From Candidatus Woesearchaeota archaeon (lineage in GTDB: Archaea > Nanobdellota > Nanobdellia > SCGC-AAA011-G17 > VGLX01), in assembly GCA_964428965.1 (NCBI GenBank), contig CAYSAF010000002.1:20985-84984 (forward strand): a stretch of DNA of 64,000 bases. The letters run 5' to 3'. The notes under the pieces are model-generated. The model was not told the origin of the DNA, searched no databases, and saw nothing but the letters and a program-made list of their open reading frames with translations. The position numbers and the translations under genes are program-made. Shown piece after piece: positions 48,221-57,275 of the stretch (positions are counted from its first letter, which is position 1; each line of letters begins with the position of its first letter).

Positions 48221-48448
48221 ATGAAACCTACAAAAAATGAAATTTTAGAACGTTTAGGAAGAATAAATGAAGAAATTAGTTCTTTAAACAAGCTACTCAA
48301 AAAATATGCCAAAGGGAATAATGAAAGTTTTAGATGCGAAAAATGTAATTCTTCATTTGTTTATATTAGAAGAAAAGATAAAAAACTTCTTTGTAGAAAA
48401 TGTGGGAGTATACAGGATATTAAGATAGATGAGATAGAAAATGATTGA
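48221..48448 (+). CDS. Small coiled-coil + Zn-ribbon protein
   Basis: CEKC...CRKCG; BRE/TATA at about 48174-48188. Confidence 0.7.
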   Translation: MKPTKNEILERLGRINEEISSLNKLLKKYAKGNNESFRCEKCNSSFVYIRRKDKKLLCRKCGSIQDIKIDEIEND

Positions 48449-49526
48449 TGAAGATAGAGATAGGAGAGGGAATTCTCTTGAAAATGAGATAAATGATATG
48501 TTTAGGAGAATTGGTTTTAATACCGAAGTGCGTTCTAAAAAATTTGAATTTCAAGGTATCCCCGAAGCAGACGTTATTGCAACTAGAGGGGACTTTATGA
48601 TTCTGATACAAGCAAAAAGATATGACGAAAGTCAAATAGATATAGACAAGCTTATAGATGAATGGAAAAATAAAGGCGAAAAAGTTGGAGCAGATAGAGT
48701 TTTAATTATTATTACAGGACATAAGAATATTAAGGAAGATTATATAAGAAAGGCAAAACAGAAAGGAGTTTATTTATGGAATGAGAATTATTGGAGACAC
48801 CTTCAAAGTCTAGACTCTATAAATTTATCTCTTGAAGTAGGAAAAACCCTAAAAATCGAAGAGGTTTTGGATTATATTACAAAAAAAGAGAAAAATGAAT
48901 TAAAAGAAGTTAAGGAGCAAATTAAAGAAATAAAAAATTCAAGAATAAAAGACGAAATATATGCTGAATTAGAAAAGATTGATTTTAGCGAGGATACAAA
49001 GAGAGATATTCAACTTAGAAAAATAGAAAATAAAATAATTTTGTATAAGGAGAAAGAAATAGAGAACGAGGTTAAAGACAAAACAGAGGATATTGAGTTA
49101 GAAGAAATATTTAGAAAAATTAATGATGCTAAACTAGATAATCATAAGAAATATGCAGTCTTGGATAAAATCAGTAAAAAGATAAATTTGTCTACAAAAT
49201 CTAAAAGTATTATTGATTGGGAAGAAATAGGGACTTGGATAAAAAAGCTTCAGGAAGAAGCAGATACTGAAAATTGGGGGGATGATAAATACATCTCTAT
49301 AGAAAAATTAATGACTGAAGGAAAACTTTCGGAAAAAGATAAAGAACAAATCCAAGAAAAAATTAAGGGGTTAGGATTGAGTAAAAAAGGATACACCGAA
49401 GCAGAAAAAATAAAAATTGACGATATAATAAAAAGAGCAATTTTTAAGAAGAAACTATATAAACTTTTAATCAGAGTTGGTATTTTAGTTATAATCGCTT
49501 TTATTCTTTGGAGGATTTTATTTTAA
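48441..49526 (+). CDS. Mrr-like restriction endonuclease domain + helical region + C-terminal TM
   Basis: RGNSLE....F...GF, ADVIA, LIQAKRY, IIIT...A....V.LW; terminal VGILVIIAFILW. Confidence 0.78.
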   Translation: MIDEDRDRRGNSLENEINDMFRRIGFNTEVRSKKFEFQGIPEADVIATRGDFMILIQAKRYDESQIDIDKLIDEWKNKGEKVGADRVLIIITGHKNIKEDYIRKAKQKGVYLWNENYWRHLQSLDSINLSLEVGKTLKIEEVLDYITKKEKNELKEVKEQIKEIKNSRIKDEIYAELEKIDFSEDTKRDIQLRKIENKIILYKEKEIENEVKDKTEDIELEEIFRKINDAKLDNHKKYAVLDKISKKINLSTKSKSIIDWEEIGTWIKKLQEEADTENWGDDKYISIEKLMTEGKLSEKDKEQIQEKIKGLGLSKKGYTEAEKIKIDDIIKRAIFKKKLYKLLIRVGILVIIAFILWRILF

Positions 49527-49529
49527 AAA

Positions 49530-50411
49530 ATGAAAATTTTCAATTTTATTTTACTTGTTTTTTTAATATCCTCTCTTACTAGTTTAGTTTCAGCTCAAAA
49601 TGCTCTAAATTGCCAATATAAAGATAAACAAGATACTGGTCAAACTATTACATATTTGCAAGATAATGAAGGGAATAACTACACTAATCCTATAGAGGTC
49701 AGAGATTTTGTTTCAACACAAAGATGCCCCTATACAGCTGGTTGTGCTGGTGGTGTCCCTTGTAGTTGTAAAATTTCCTTTGTAGTCAGAAATTTAATCA
49801 ACAAACAGGTTACTTTAAAAATACAATATACGATTACACACAGCAGAATAAATGGGTATAGTGTGCAAAGCACTGTAATCCATAACGATGCTAAAGAAAT
49901 AAACATAGACCCTTTATCTAATTATCTCGTTCAAGGGGAGTATTCTGATGATACAATAGGATGTAACGACCAAGAATGTTCTGTGAATACAGATTCGATA
50001 AGGTATTCTTTTATATCAAATGACGAAACTACAAGCAAAACAGACAAAGTCTACCAAGACATTTGTAAAATGTGCGGAGACAAAATATGCTTAAATGATG
50101 GGGAGAAATGTGCAAATGATTATGAATGTGGCTCTGCCACCTGTAACATTGCAGGACTTTGCGGTAAAGAGAAAGTTATTGATTGTCCTATTGGATTGAA
50201 AAATTGCAATAACCAAAGTTGTTTAAAACCTTCTACTATAAGAAACGGGGAGAAATATCTTTGTGAATGGGAATGTAAAGGTGGTGTTGGAGAAGCAGGG
50301 CTTTGTAAACAATCTTTAAAAGAACTAATCTTAAAAGGATTATTTATCCTTACTTTTTTAATATTGCTTATAGGAATTACTTATTATACATTAAGAAAAC
50401 AAACGCAGTAG
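49530..50411 (+). CDS. Cys-rich secreted protein with C-terminal TM
   Basis: Signal peptide; DGEKC..D.EC.S..C and GEKY.C..EC repeats; TM. Confidence 0.72.
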   Translation: MKIFNFILLVFLISSLTSLVSAQNALNCQYKDKQDTGQTITYLQDNEGNNYTNPIEVRDFVSTQRCPYTAGCAGGVPCSCKISFVVRNLINKQVTLKIQYTITHSRINGYSVQSTVIHNDAKEINIDPLSNYLVQGEYSDDTIGCNDQECSVNTDSIRYSFISNDETTSKTDKVYQDICKMCGDKICLNDGEKCANDYECGSATCNIAGLCGKEKVIDCPIGLKNCNNQSCLKPSTIRNGEKYLCEWECKGGVGEAGLCKQSLKELILKGLFILTFLILLIGITYYTLRKQTQ

Positions 50412-50433
50412 GTAAAAATTGATTACAGAATAA

Positions 50434-50874
50434 TTATTTAATTGCCATAATATACATCTCAATTATTTTCTTTTCATTCTTCATTGCTTGTAATAATATC
50501 GTAGCTTCCTCACCAAGAAGGTGTGCAAATACAGCCTGTATGTGAGTAACTTCCTCTAACCCATATTTTGATGGTATTTTGACACCAACAATTACCCCTC
50601 TTGTTGTGCTCAACTCCATTTTAACAAGTTTTTTAATTAGCCCCACTAAATTACTTGCCCTTATAAAAACAAGAGTGCCTATCCTATCCTCGACCAAGTG
50701 ATACGCATCGCTATTATCGAAACCTAAAAGACCCCAACTGAACACGTTTTTTAACCACCCCTGAAAGTGCTTATGCCTGTAAAGTTCATTGAAATTCTTT
50801 AAACGTTTCAGGTGGTCAAGTATTATTTCAGGTGGAGCTGTTAGGTTATACTTACCCTGTCTCATTCTTTTCAC
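50434..50874 (-). CDS. Hypothetical protein
   Basis: ORF overlapping the upstream gene in an operon-like arrangement. Confidence 0.5.
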   Translation of the reverse strand: MKRMRQGKYNLTAPPEIILDHLKRLKNFNELYRHKHFQGWLKNVFSWGLLGFDNSDAYHLVEDRIGTLVFIRASNLVGLIKKLVKMELSTTRGVIVGVKIPSKYGLEEVTHIQAVFAHLLGEEATILLQAMKNEKKIIEMYIMAIK

Positions 50875-51745
50875 CTCGGAATTTAGTTATTTTTTCCTTG
50901 CAAAATCCTTCTACTTCCTTAGCATCCTTGAATGAACATTCGTCCTCACGCCTTAGAAACTCTTTAATGAGATAAAGCAGTTCGTCATGCCCCCCAGCAG
51001 TAATCTCCAATGATGGAGCAGGCGGAGAAAAGTCAATGCTCACATAATCCCCTTTAAATTTATCCTGCCTTTTAAAGTGCTCAAGAGCAATCCTGTGGTT
51101 AATAAATGTGAATTCTTTGAAACCTATCCGCCCAATAAGGCGGAAATTTTGTGAATGTTGGTTTATATTTGTGTAATCTACACCTATTGGGGCATCAAAC
51201 TCCCTTTCCATAAATGATATTATCTCCTCTAGTATATTCAGAACGTGGCATAGACCTGCTCCTTCCAACTCAATAAAGCGGGGGAAGTATACACCAAAGC
51301 ATTTAGGAGAGAAAACAACTATCTTAAGTGATGGAAAATTTACTTTAGTAAATGCAAAAATCCTATTTTTAAATTCCTCATATTTGCACCTACGCAGCAC
51401 ATCTCTAGTTAGTATAGTGGCATAATAACCCTCAAAGTGTATGTATTTCAATTGACCTTTTTCCGCTAATGACAACACCAACCCTGCTTTCTTTGCCATT
51501 TCAGGAGATGTAAAAACATTATATCTATCGATTATATCCCCCTTCTTTAGTTTTTGTAAGTAATACCTTGTTGTCCTTTCTCTCCATCCTAATTCCAAGG
51601 CAAGTTCCTTAGATGTCACTTTCCTAGTGTCCTTGACATTGTAATACCACTTAAATAGAGCCTGTAACAGACCCACTAACCTAGTAGGAGAACGGCAATG
51701 ATTTATGGCAAAGTCCACTAAGTCCCCAGGCTTACTTTTTCTCAT
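50852..51745 (-). CDS. wHTH protein, possible replication-initiator-like
   Basis: TSKELALELGWRERTTRYYLQKLKKGDII; downstream IH and IDFS....LE motifs. Confidence 0.45.
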   Translation of the reverse strand: MRKSKPGDLVDFAINHCRSPTRLVGLLQALFKWYYNVKDTRKVTSKELALELGWRERTTRYYLQKLKKGDIIDRYNVFTSPEMAKKAGLVLSLAEKGQLKYIHFEGYYATILTRDVLRRCKYEEFKNRIFAFTKVNFPSLKIVVFSPKCFGVYFPRFIELEGAGLCHVLNILEEIISFMEREFDAPIGVDYTNINQHSQNFRLIGRIGFKEFTFINHRIALEHFKRQDKFKGDYVSIDFSPPAPSLEITAGGHDELLYLIKEFLRREDECSFKDAKEVEGFCKEKITKFRGEKNETG

Positions 51746-51746
51746 T

Positions 51747-52139
51747 TTACGAAGCCTTCTCCAAGAATATTACATTCCTGTTGTTGCCATCCTTACAGAT
51801 TGAATACTTTACTAGCACCCTACCTTTCTGACCTACCACTATCCTCGTAAGAAGCTTCGGAATGGGTATATAAGAACACATACACCCATTTTTCTTGATA
51901 TGATACACTTTGTAGGGTTTAAGTTCATAATTCTCAGGTGGAGTAAAATAGAAAGCCAAACCCTCTCTGCCATCCCAATTTGCTACAACAGGGAACACCT
52001 GCTTTGGTTTATTCAGAACCTCGCTCATAATGATTTGTGGCACATACAACGTATAGTTGTTGCCTGAACGATACAACTTTGCTATCTCCCCTTCTACCGC
52101 ATCAACGAAAAGATATACATCTCGCATATTACCTTCCAC
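51747..52139 (-). CDS. Tandem AbrB/SpoVT-like DNA-binding protein
   Basis: KLYRSGNNYTLYVP and HIKKNG...YIPIPK repeats. Confidence 0.5.
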   Translation of the reverse strand: MEGNMRDVYLFVDAVEGEIAKLYRSGNNYTLYVPQIIMSEVLNKPKQVFPVVANWDGREGLAFYFTPPENYELKPYKVYHIKKNGCMCSYIPIPKLLTRIVVGQKGRVLVKYSICKDGNNRNVIFLEKAS

Positions 52140-52451
52140 AAGGGTGCTCGTAGAATTAGCAAATAAGCCAACTCCTCGTGATGTTCGGCAAAATGCGTGC
52201 CCAATTGTATTACCTGAGTAACCCTAATTGTGTTTTTTACTATTTTTATTACAAGCTACACTACTATTTAAAATTTATCAAAGTGTAGTATCTACCAAGT
52301 AATGAAACAACAACAATATTTTCAGGACAAGTCAAAAGGCATTTGTCAACAAAGTTTAAATACAACCACTAACTTATATAACTCCATTACTAACAAAACA
52401 GGAAAAAAGGCACAGAATAAGCAACCTTTATCTTGGCAGTAAGGAGTAGTA

Positions 52452-53201
52452 TTAGTCAGAATCCACCCTCGGAGCGAGAATGAAGGAAAGAAGAAGCTTA
52501 TCCATAACCTTGTAGTCAACTCTTAATGGGTATTCTTCGCTGAACTGGATAACAGCCGTGTCAGAAAGCTTAGCCCCCTTAACAATCTTCTTCAAATACT
52601 CTATGCTGTACTTAGCCAAGATTTTTTCCTTCTTATTCGTATTTATAACAGCACCCTCTCCCCTCGGAATCTCCACGTTAGCAGCATTGAACCTTCCCTC
52701 AGAGGTTATAGTGAGCTTGTCAGGCTCGGCAAGCAGGGCAACAGACTCTGCAACGATGTCCATGTCCTCGATATACTCGTTAAACATAGCTGAAGGAATC
52801 TCAGCCTTGACGTTAAACTTCAGGTCAGGAATCTTCTGCTCAGACTCATCGATGTCAATCAAGGAAAGGTTAAATGTTTTGTTGCTCTCACCCCTTATGT
52901 TAATCTTGAGCTTGTTGTTCTTAGAATCAAGCTCCAAATGCAAAGTATCGTTAGGCTTAACCCTCTTAAGAATCTGATCTAGGTTATCAAGGTTAACTGA
53001 AAACGAAACTGGCTTATCAACCTTGTAGTCAACAAAAGCAGAAGACACAATCTTAAACATCACCATAGCAACGTTGGCAGGATCCATAGCAATCAACTCC
53101 ATCTTATCAGCGTCAGCCTTAAAAGTAACCTCGTTAACCAAATCGGAAATTATAGAAACACTCTCTTTTAACAACCTAGGTTCTGCCAACACAAACTTCA
53201 T
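52452..53201 (-). CDS. pcn: DNA polymerase sliding clamp PCNA
   Basis: AMDPANVAMV, YSIEYL, P.RVDY, FILAPRV. Confidence 0.96.
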   Translation of the reverse strand: MKFVLAEPRLLKESVSIISDLVNEVTFKADADKMELIAMDPANVAMVMFKIVSSAFVDYKVDKPVSFSVNLDNLDQILKRVKPNDTLHLELDSKNNKLKINIRGESNKTFNLSLIDIDESEQKIPDLKFNVKAEIPSAMFNEYIEDMDIVAESVALLAEPDKLTITSEGRFNAANVEIPRGEGAVINTNKKEKILAKYSIEYLKKIVKGAKLSDTAVIQFSEEYPLRVDYKVMDKLLLSFILAPRVDSD

Positions 53202-53257
53202 ACTAAATCACCAAACTCCAGCTGATATATAATGTTTTTGGTAGTAAAACACAATAA

Positions 53258-53698
53258 TTAAAACATCCTCGTACTACGAACAAGGAAAGCATCAACAATC
53301 AAATAAATTCCGTAAAAAACGAGAAGGCCGTACAACACAACAGAGGGTATGTTGAGAGCAACTATAAAAGGAAGGAAATTCAACAGCTTAAGATGGATTG
53401 CGAGGGGGATAGCACCTATAACGGCAAGCAAGAACCCTGCAAGGACAGAAGTCCCCTTAACACGGCCGGTCATCATGCTGCGAATAGCAAAGGAGTCATA
53501 AAGAAGGAAAATACCTCCGATGAAAAGGGCCACCTTTACGATTAAATCATAAACCCCCAAGTCAATGGTATCCAAACCAGGGATAACTATGTTAACAAAT
53601 TTCAGCAAAGGCAAAACTCCGATCAGTATGCAAATAGCGCCGATAAACAAAGAAATCTTGCTGCGTGAAGAAGAGTAAGCCCAACCCCTTTTATTCAT
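53258..53698 (-). CDS. 4-TM membrane protein with internal duplication
   Basis: Two IG..PL...GG/YG..L..D.F halves. Confidence 0.65.
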   Translation of the reverse strand: MNKRGWAYSSSRSKISLFIGAICILIGVLPLLKFVNIVIPGLDTIDLGVYDLIVKVALFIGGIFLLYDSFAIRSMMTGRVKGTSVLAGFLLAVIGAIPLAIHLKLLNFLPFIVALNIPSVVLYGLLVFYGIYLIVDAFLVRSTRMF

Positions 53699-53702
53699 GT
53701 AA

Positions 53703-53999
53703 TCACCTGTTCATTAAGTCTTTAACTTTCTTATATAAAAGCTTATCGATTTTAGAAATATCCTGAAAAAAATCAGCCTGCAAACGCAAACCATCCTCGT
53801 AAAGCAGAATCCTGCCAAAAACACGAACGTACTCAGGCAAAGAATCTGCTTCGAGCAAAACAACTATCTCGCCAGAGCCGTCATCAAGAACGAAAGAGCC
53901 ATCAGCCTTAGAAACAACAACTCCAGAAAGGGAAACAAAAGTATCAGCTTCAGACAGGTCCTTGATGTACTTATCAACAAAAGGCTGCCTGGCTACCAT
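53703..53999 (-). CDS. Small OB-fold protein (RPA small subunit-like)
   Basis: V.LSGVV......LDDGSG.I.V......VRVFG. Confidence 0.7.
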   Translation of the reverse strand: MVARQPFVDKYIKDLSEADTFVSLSGVVVSKADGSFVLDDGSGEIVVLLEADSLPEYVRVFGRILLYEDGLRLQADFFQDISKIDKLLYKKVKDLMNR

Positions 54000-54322
54000 C
54001 AGTTGTAAGCCCTCCACCTGTGCCTGCACTTGGTGCACTCAAAGAACCTTGTTTCTGCCTCGTCACCAGCCCTGGTCTGGACAGTCCAGAAATATGCCTC
54101 CATGTTACTACAATTCGGACACTCTTCACGAGTCTTCGGCAGTGTCTCTATCTTCCTGTCAACTATCTCAATCTGATCCTTCTTGTCGATGTTTACTTTC
54201 TCCTTGATAATTAAATCCTTACCCTTGGTCTTATAATCACAGTTGCTACAGACAAGGACAGCACCCTTCTTGCCGCTCTTTTTAGGCACCATAATAGCCT
54301 TACACTTCGGACAAAACATCAT
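53999..54322 (-). CDS. tfs: Transcription factor S
   Basis: FCPKC...C..C; CP.C....QTRAGDE..TRFF.C..C...WR. Confidence 0.95.
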   Translation of the reverse strand: MMFCPKCKAIMVPKKSGKKGAVLVCSNCDYKTKGKDLIIKEKVNIDKKDQIEIVDRKIETLPKTREECPNCSNMEAYFWTVQTRAGDEAETRFFECTKCRHRWRAYN

Positions 54323-54326
54323 ATAG

Positions 54327-54917
54327 TTAACCTCCCTTTATGGCGTTAATAAAATCGGTAAACCAAATCTTAACCCAACCAAGCAACGGAATCCTGAAGA
54401 CAGCCCTGCCAACAACGGTATCTTCTGAAACAGGCTGGGGATCAGGAACCCTGTTGGTCCTGTAGTTATCACCCTTAGTCGTAAAAAATAACTTGTTATT
54501 AACCTTTTCCTTCTTAACAACTCGGTGGATGATTGGCGGAACATTTGTGTTGGTGGAGTAAACAAGTATCTCACCAACGTCCAAGTCCTCTGGTTTAGTA
54601 CCTACTAAAAGCATTATGTCACCCTTGTCGAATCCGTTACGGAAATCAAAACCTTCAAAATTGGAAAGCTGAACACCGTTCTGCTCATACCAAGAATAGG
54701 CATTAGACCACCAGGAATTGAAACTGCCGTCATGCTCCATGCTACTTGAGACAACGGCAACAACAGGATAATTTGTACCGAGAACCAAACCGAGACCAGG
54801 ATAGATAACGAACTTGACGAGAATAAAGGCAAGGATTATGTTAACAATCCAAGAAAGAAGGGAATCCTCTTCCCAGAGAAAGTGCCAAACTCTCCTAACA
54901 GTCTTAGCAAAACTCAT
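54327..54917 (-). CDS. Signal peptidase I (S26B/Sec11)
   Basis: VVSSSMEH, KGD, PIIHRV, TKGDN, IP.LGW. Confidence 0.92.
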   Translation of the reverse strand: MSFAKTVRRVWHFLWEEDSLLSWIVNIILAFILVKFVIYPGLGLVLGTNYPVVAVVSSSMEHDGSFNSWWSNAYSWYEQNGVQLSNFEGFDFRNGFDKGDIMLLVGTKPEDLDVGEILVYSTNTNVPPIIHRVVKKEKVNNKLFFTTKGDNYRTNRVPDPQPVSEDTVVGRAVFRIPLLGWVKIWFTDFINAIKGG

Positions 54918-54960
54918 CTCAACAAACTTAAAAACTTTAGGTTATAAATGTTTTGGTTTT

Positions 54961-55617
54961 TTAAACATAAACATAGGAAACAACGTTCTTAACGCTTGAA
55001 AAAGTAACTTCACCAAAACTACAGCTCTTGCAAGTAGGGTCAACAAAAACCCAATCACCCTCAGACTTGTAAAACTTAATTGCGTCAGGAAGATAAACCT
55101 GAACATAAGAGTGATCATTAGTAAGAGCAATTCTTGGGGTTATACCGACGGACTTAAGAAGCATGGCAAGCAAAACAGCCTGACCATCACAGTCAGAACT
55201 GCTGTCAAGCAGGACAGCCTCAGGGCTTTCTATGTAATCATACTTGGGGTCTGGAACGTAAACTATGTTGTCACGAACAAAATAGAAAAGAGCCTTGCTG
55301 TAACAAACATCGGAAACCTCAGAACAGGAAGAGGCAACCTTAGAAGAGACATGCTTAAGGAAAGGGGAAACTGACAATGACCTAACATCACCTATGCTCT
55401 GCAACTTCAAGGTATAATTACCAGAAGGAGCATCTGCCAAAACAGAAGACAAAGAAGGAACGTTAGAAGGCTTTGGATCTGACTTAAAACCGTAATAAGG
55501 GACCACCCAAAGAACCAGGATGAGCACTAAAAAAACCGCAACTATGTACCACAAAGGGCTGCGCTTCTTCTCAGATTCTTCAACCTTAATGTCATCAGGA
55601 ATAACGTATTCTTCCAT
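54961..55617 (-). CDS. Membrane-anchored transglutaminase-like Cys protease
   Basis: FVRDNI.YVPD, SDCDG.A.LLA.LL...G, H.YVQV, W..VDPT. Confidence 0.8.
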   Translation of the reverse strand: MEEYVIPDDIKVEESEKKRSPLWYIVAVFLVLILVLWVVPYYGFKSDPKPSNVPSLSSVLADAPSGNYTLKLQSIGDVRSLSVSPFLKHVSSKVASSCSEVSDVCYSKALFYFVRDNIVYVPDPKYDYIESPEAVLLDSSSDCDGQAVLLAMLLKSVGITPRIALTNDHSYVQVYLPDAIKFYKSEGDWVFVDPTCKSCSFGEVTFSSVKNVVSYVYV

Positions 55618-55640
55618 AAAAGAATAAGCATGACAATATT

Positions 55641-55679
55641 AATATAAGGTTTTCCTTTAAACAACACCCGGCTTCTTCT
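55641..55679. repeat. Copy A of a 39-nt imperfect direct repeat (AMMECR1 3' end + promoter)
   Basis: 34/39 identical to 56230-56268. Confidence 0.8.
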
Positions 55680-55680
55680 A

Positions 55681-56157
55681 TTATGAAAGGTTTAAGTCAA
55701 GCTTATACCAAAGCATTTTAAGGTTGTTAGTTATCTTTTCTTTTTTTATTAGAACAAAACCCGCTTCTTTAAAGACTTTATTGTTTTCCATAAATTCGAA
55801 TGTATCTGTTTTTATGGATACAATACCTTTTTTCTTGCATTCATCTATAAAAATTTTAAGTAAAAGCTTTTTGTTTTTAATGTTACCCCCATTAATGTAT
55901 TGTATCATTGATGTTTTCGAGTCTTCTTTATATCCTACAATGAAACCTACCAATACTCCATTATGTATTGCTACAAAAGCTATCAAATTTGGATTTTCCA
56001 ACTCGTTCAGGATGTTCTCTTCTTTAGCATGTTCCCTAAATTGTAATATCATCTTTTGGGGAAATAAAGGATTTGGTTTTTCTAATTCAGTAAGCATCAA
56101 TCTTGATATTTCTTTTACATAATCTTTGTTGGGGGGTATTATCTTCATTTTTGACAC
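55681..56157 (-). CDS. GNAT-fold protein (AT-rich insert)
   Basis: FVA...G.LVGFI.G, ..LL.....CKK.G...I, FKEAGF. Confidence 0.7.
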   Translation of the reverse strand: MSKMKIIPPNKDYVKEISRLMLTELEKPNPLFPQKMILQFREHAKEENILNELENPNLIAFVAIHNGVLVGFIVGYKEDSKTSMIQYINGGNIKNKKLLLKIFIDECKKKGIVSIKTDTFEFMENNKVFKEAGFVLIKKEKITNNLKMLWYKLDLNLS

Positions 56158-56229
56158 CTTACCCTATCCTTCGTAATTTTATTTAGCTCTTCAGTTCCAA
56201 ATAAACTATAACATACACCTACACAAATA

Positions 56230-56268
56230 AATATAAGCCTTTCCCTTAAACAACACCAGGCTTCTCCT
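56230..56268. repeat. Copy B of the 39-nt imperfect direct repeat
   Basis: Includes the functional AMMECR1 end (EKPGVV*) and a TATA-like element. Confidence 0.8.
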
Positions 56269-56818
56269 CAGAAAAAACCTGAGCCTGAAATTTATACACC
56301 TTGCAATTCTCCGTATCCTTCCAGGAATCCTCAGGCAGGTAAGCCTTCAAACAGGTGTGCCGAAGAAACTGCTCAGCACTCCAGCTATACTCAGAGGCAA
56401 CCACAGGAAGAAGCAAACCCCTGCTGGAACCGTCATCAACAATCAAGCCATCCTCCCCAACCTTTATCCTCTTAAGATAGTCGTCACAACTCCTGACCTT
56501 AACAAGTTCTGGATTCGTCAAGACTGAAACTTCAAACACAACCTTTCCAAGCTCATCCTTACTCAGGGGAGCAAACCTCGGATCTTGGAAGGCTGCAGCA
56601 AGAGCAGCTCTCTGCAATCCTTCGTTGAGAGAAAAAAAGGGTTCTGGAAAACCTATACAGCCACGAAGATCGTGAGAGGGATAAGAATGGATGGTTACAA
56701 AAACGCCACGCTTATCAGGAAAACCCTCAAGCCTGAAATTTTTATGTTCAAAATGAGCCGTTACAGAATCACGAGCAGCCCTCACGAGCTTCTTACCGTC
56801 TTTTTCAGAAAGCAGCAT
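56246..56818 (-). CDS. AMMECR1 domain protein (TIGR00296-like)
   Basis: GVFVT, LRGCIG, AA..DPRF, EVSVL, GLLLP.V, C.KA.L. Confidence 0.93.
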   Translation of the reverse strand: MLLSEKDGKKLVRAARDSVTAHFEHKNFRLEGFPDKRGVFVTIHSYPSHDLRGCIGFPEPFFSLNEGLQRAALAAAFQDPRFAPLSKDELGKVVFEVSVLTNPELVKVRSCDDYLKRIKVGEDGLIVDDGSSRGLLLPVVASEYSWSAEQFLRHTCLKAYLPEDSWKDTENCKVYKFQAQVFSEEKPGVV

Positions 56819-56819
56819 C

Positions 56820-57092
56820 TTACTTTAACTTCTTGAATTTTTCGCGCATCTCATCGTTAGAATCTTTCAAACGCTTAACAGCTTCGTTGAGAGCGGTCTT
56901 CGGATTCTTTGAAGAGGTCTCAACAACCAGGACTGGCTTGCTAACCAGAGAGTGAGACAACTCATAGCCAGAAATCTTAACATCCTTATCGTTCCATAAT
57001 TCCTTCCTCAAAGCGTTAACAAAGGTGTGGTCCTCACCCACAATTTCCAGCTTAAGGAAGTTTTTACTCTTCTCAAGAACCTTAATTTCCAT
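56820..57092 (-). CDS. rpoL: RNA polymerase subunit L (Rpo11)
   Basis: GEDHT..N.LR..L....V....Y...H. Confidence 0.92.
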   Translation of the reverse strand: MEIKVLEKSKNFLKLEIVGEDHTFVNALRKELWNDKDVKISGYELSHSLVSKPVLVVETSSKNPKTALNEAVKRLKDSNDEMREKFKKLK

Positions 57093-57275
57093 GCAATAAA
57101 CCTTAAAGAAAACGGTTTTTAAACCTTTCTATTCTTTAAACCTAATTTCGAAAGAAACGCGTAAGTTCTTTCTTGCTAAAGTAATCATGCTACGATATTT
57201 AATAAAATAGTAAAACCTAGAAACTGCGGGTTTTAGCCAGAAAGATTTAAATAAGGTTTTGAATAGAGTATCATT

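Larger units (their letters stand above)
44020..52457. mobile_element. Putative integrated element/genomic island at the PCNA 3' end, no recognisable integrase
   Basis: Loss of host compositional style; DNA-processing cargo (ligase, Hjc, nucleases, wHTH/Rep-like, AbrB); ATTAGTC at 44020-44026 and 52451-52457 (second copy contains the PCNA stop); boundaries tentative. Confidence 0.65.
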
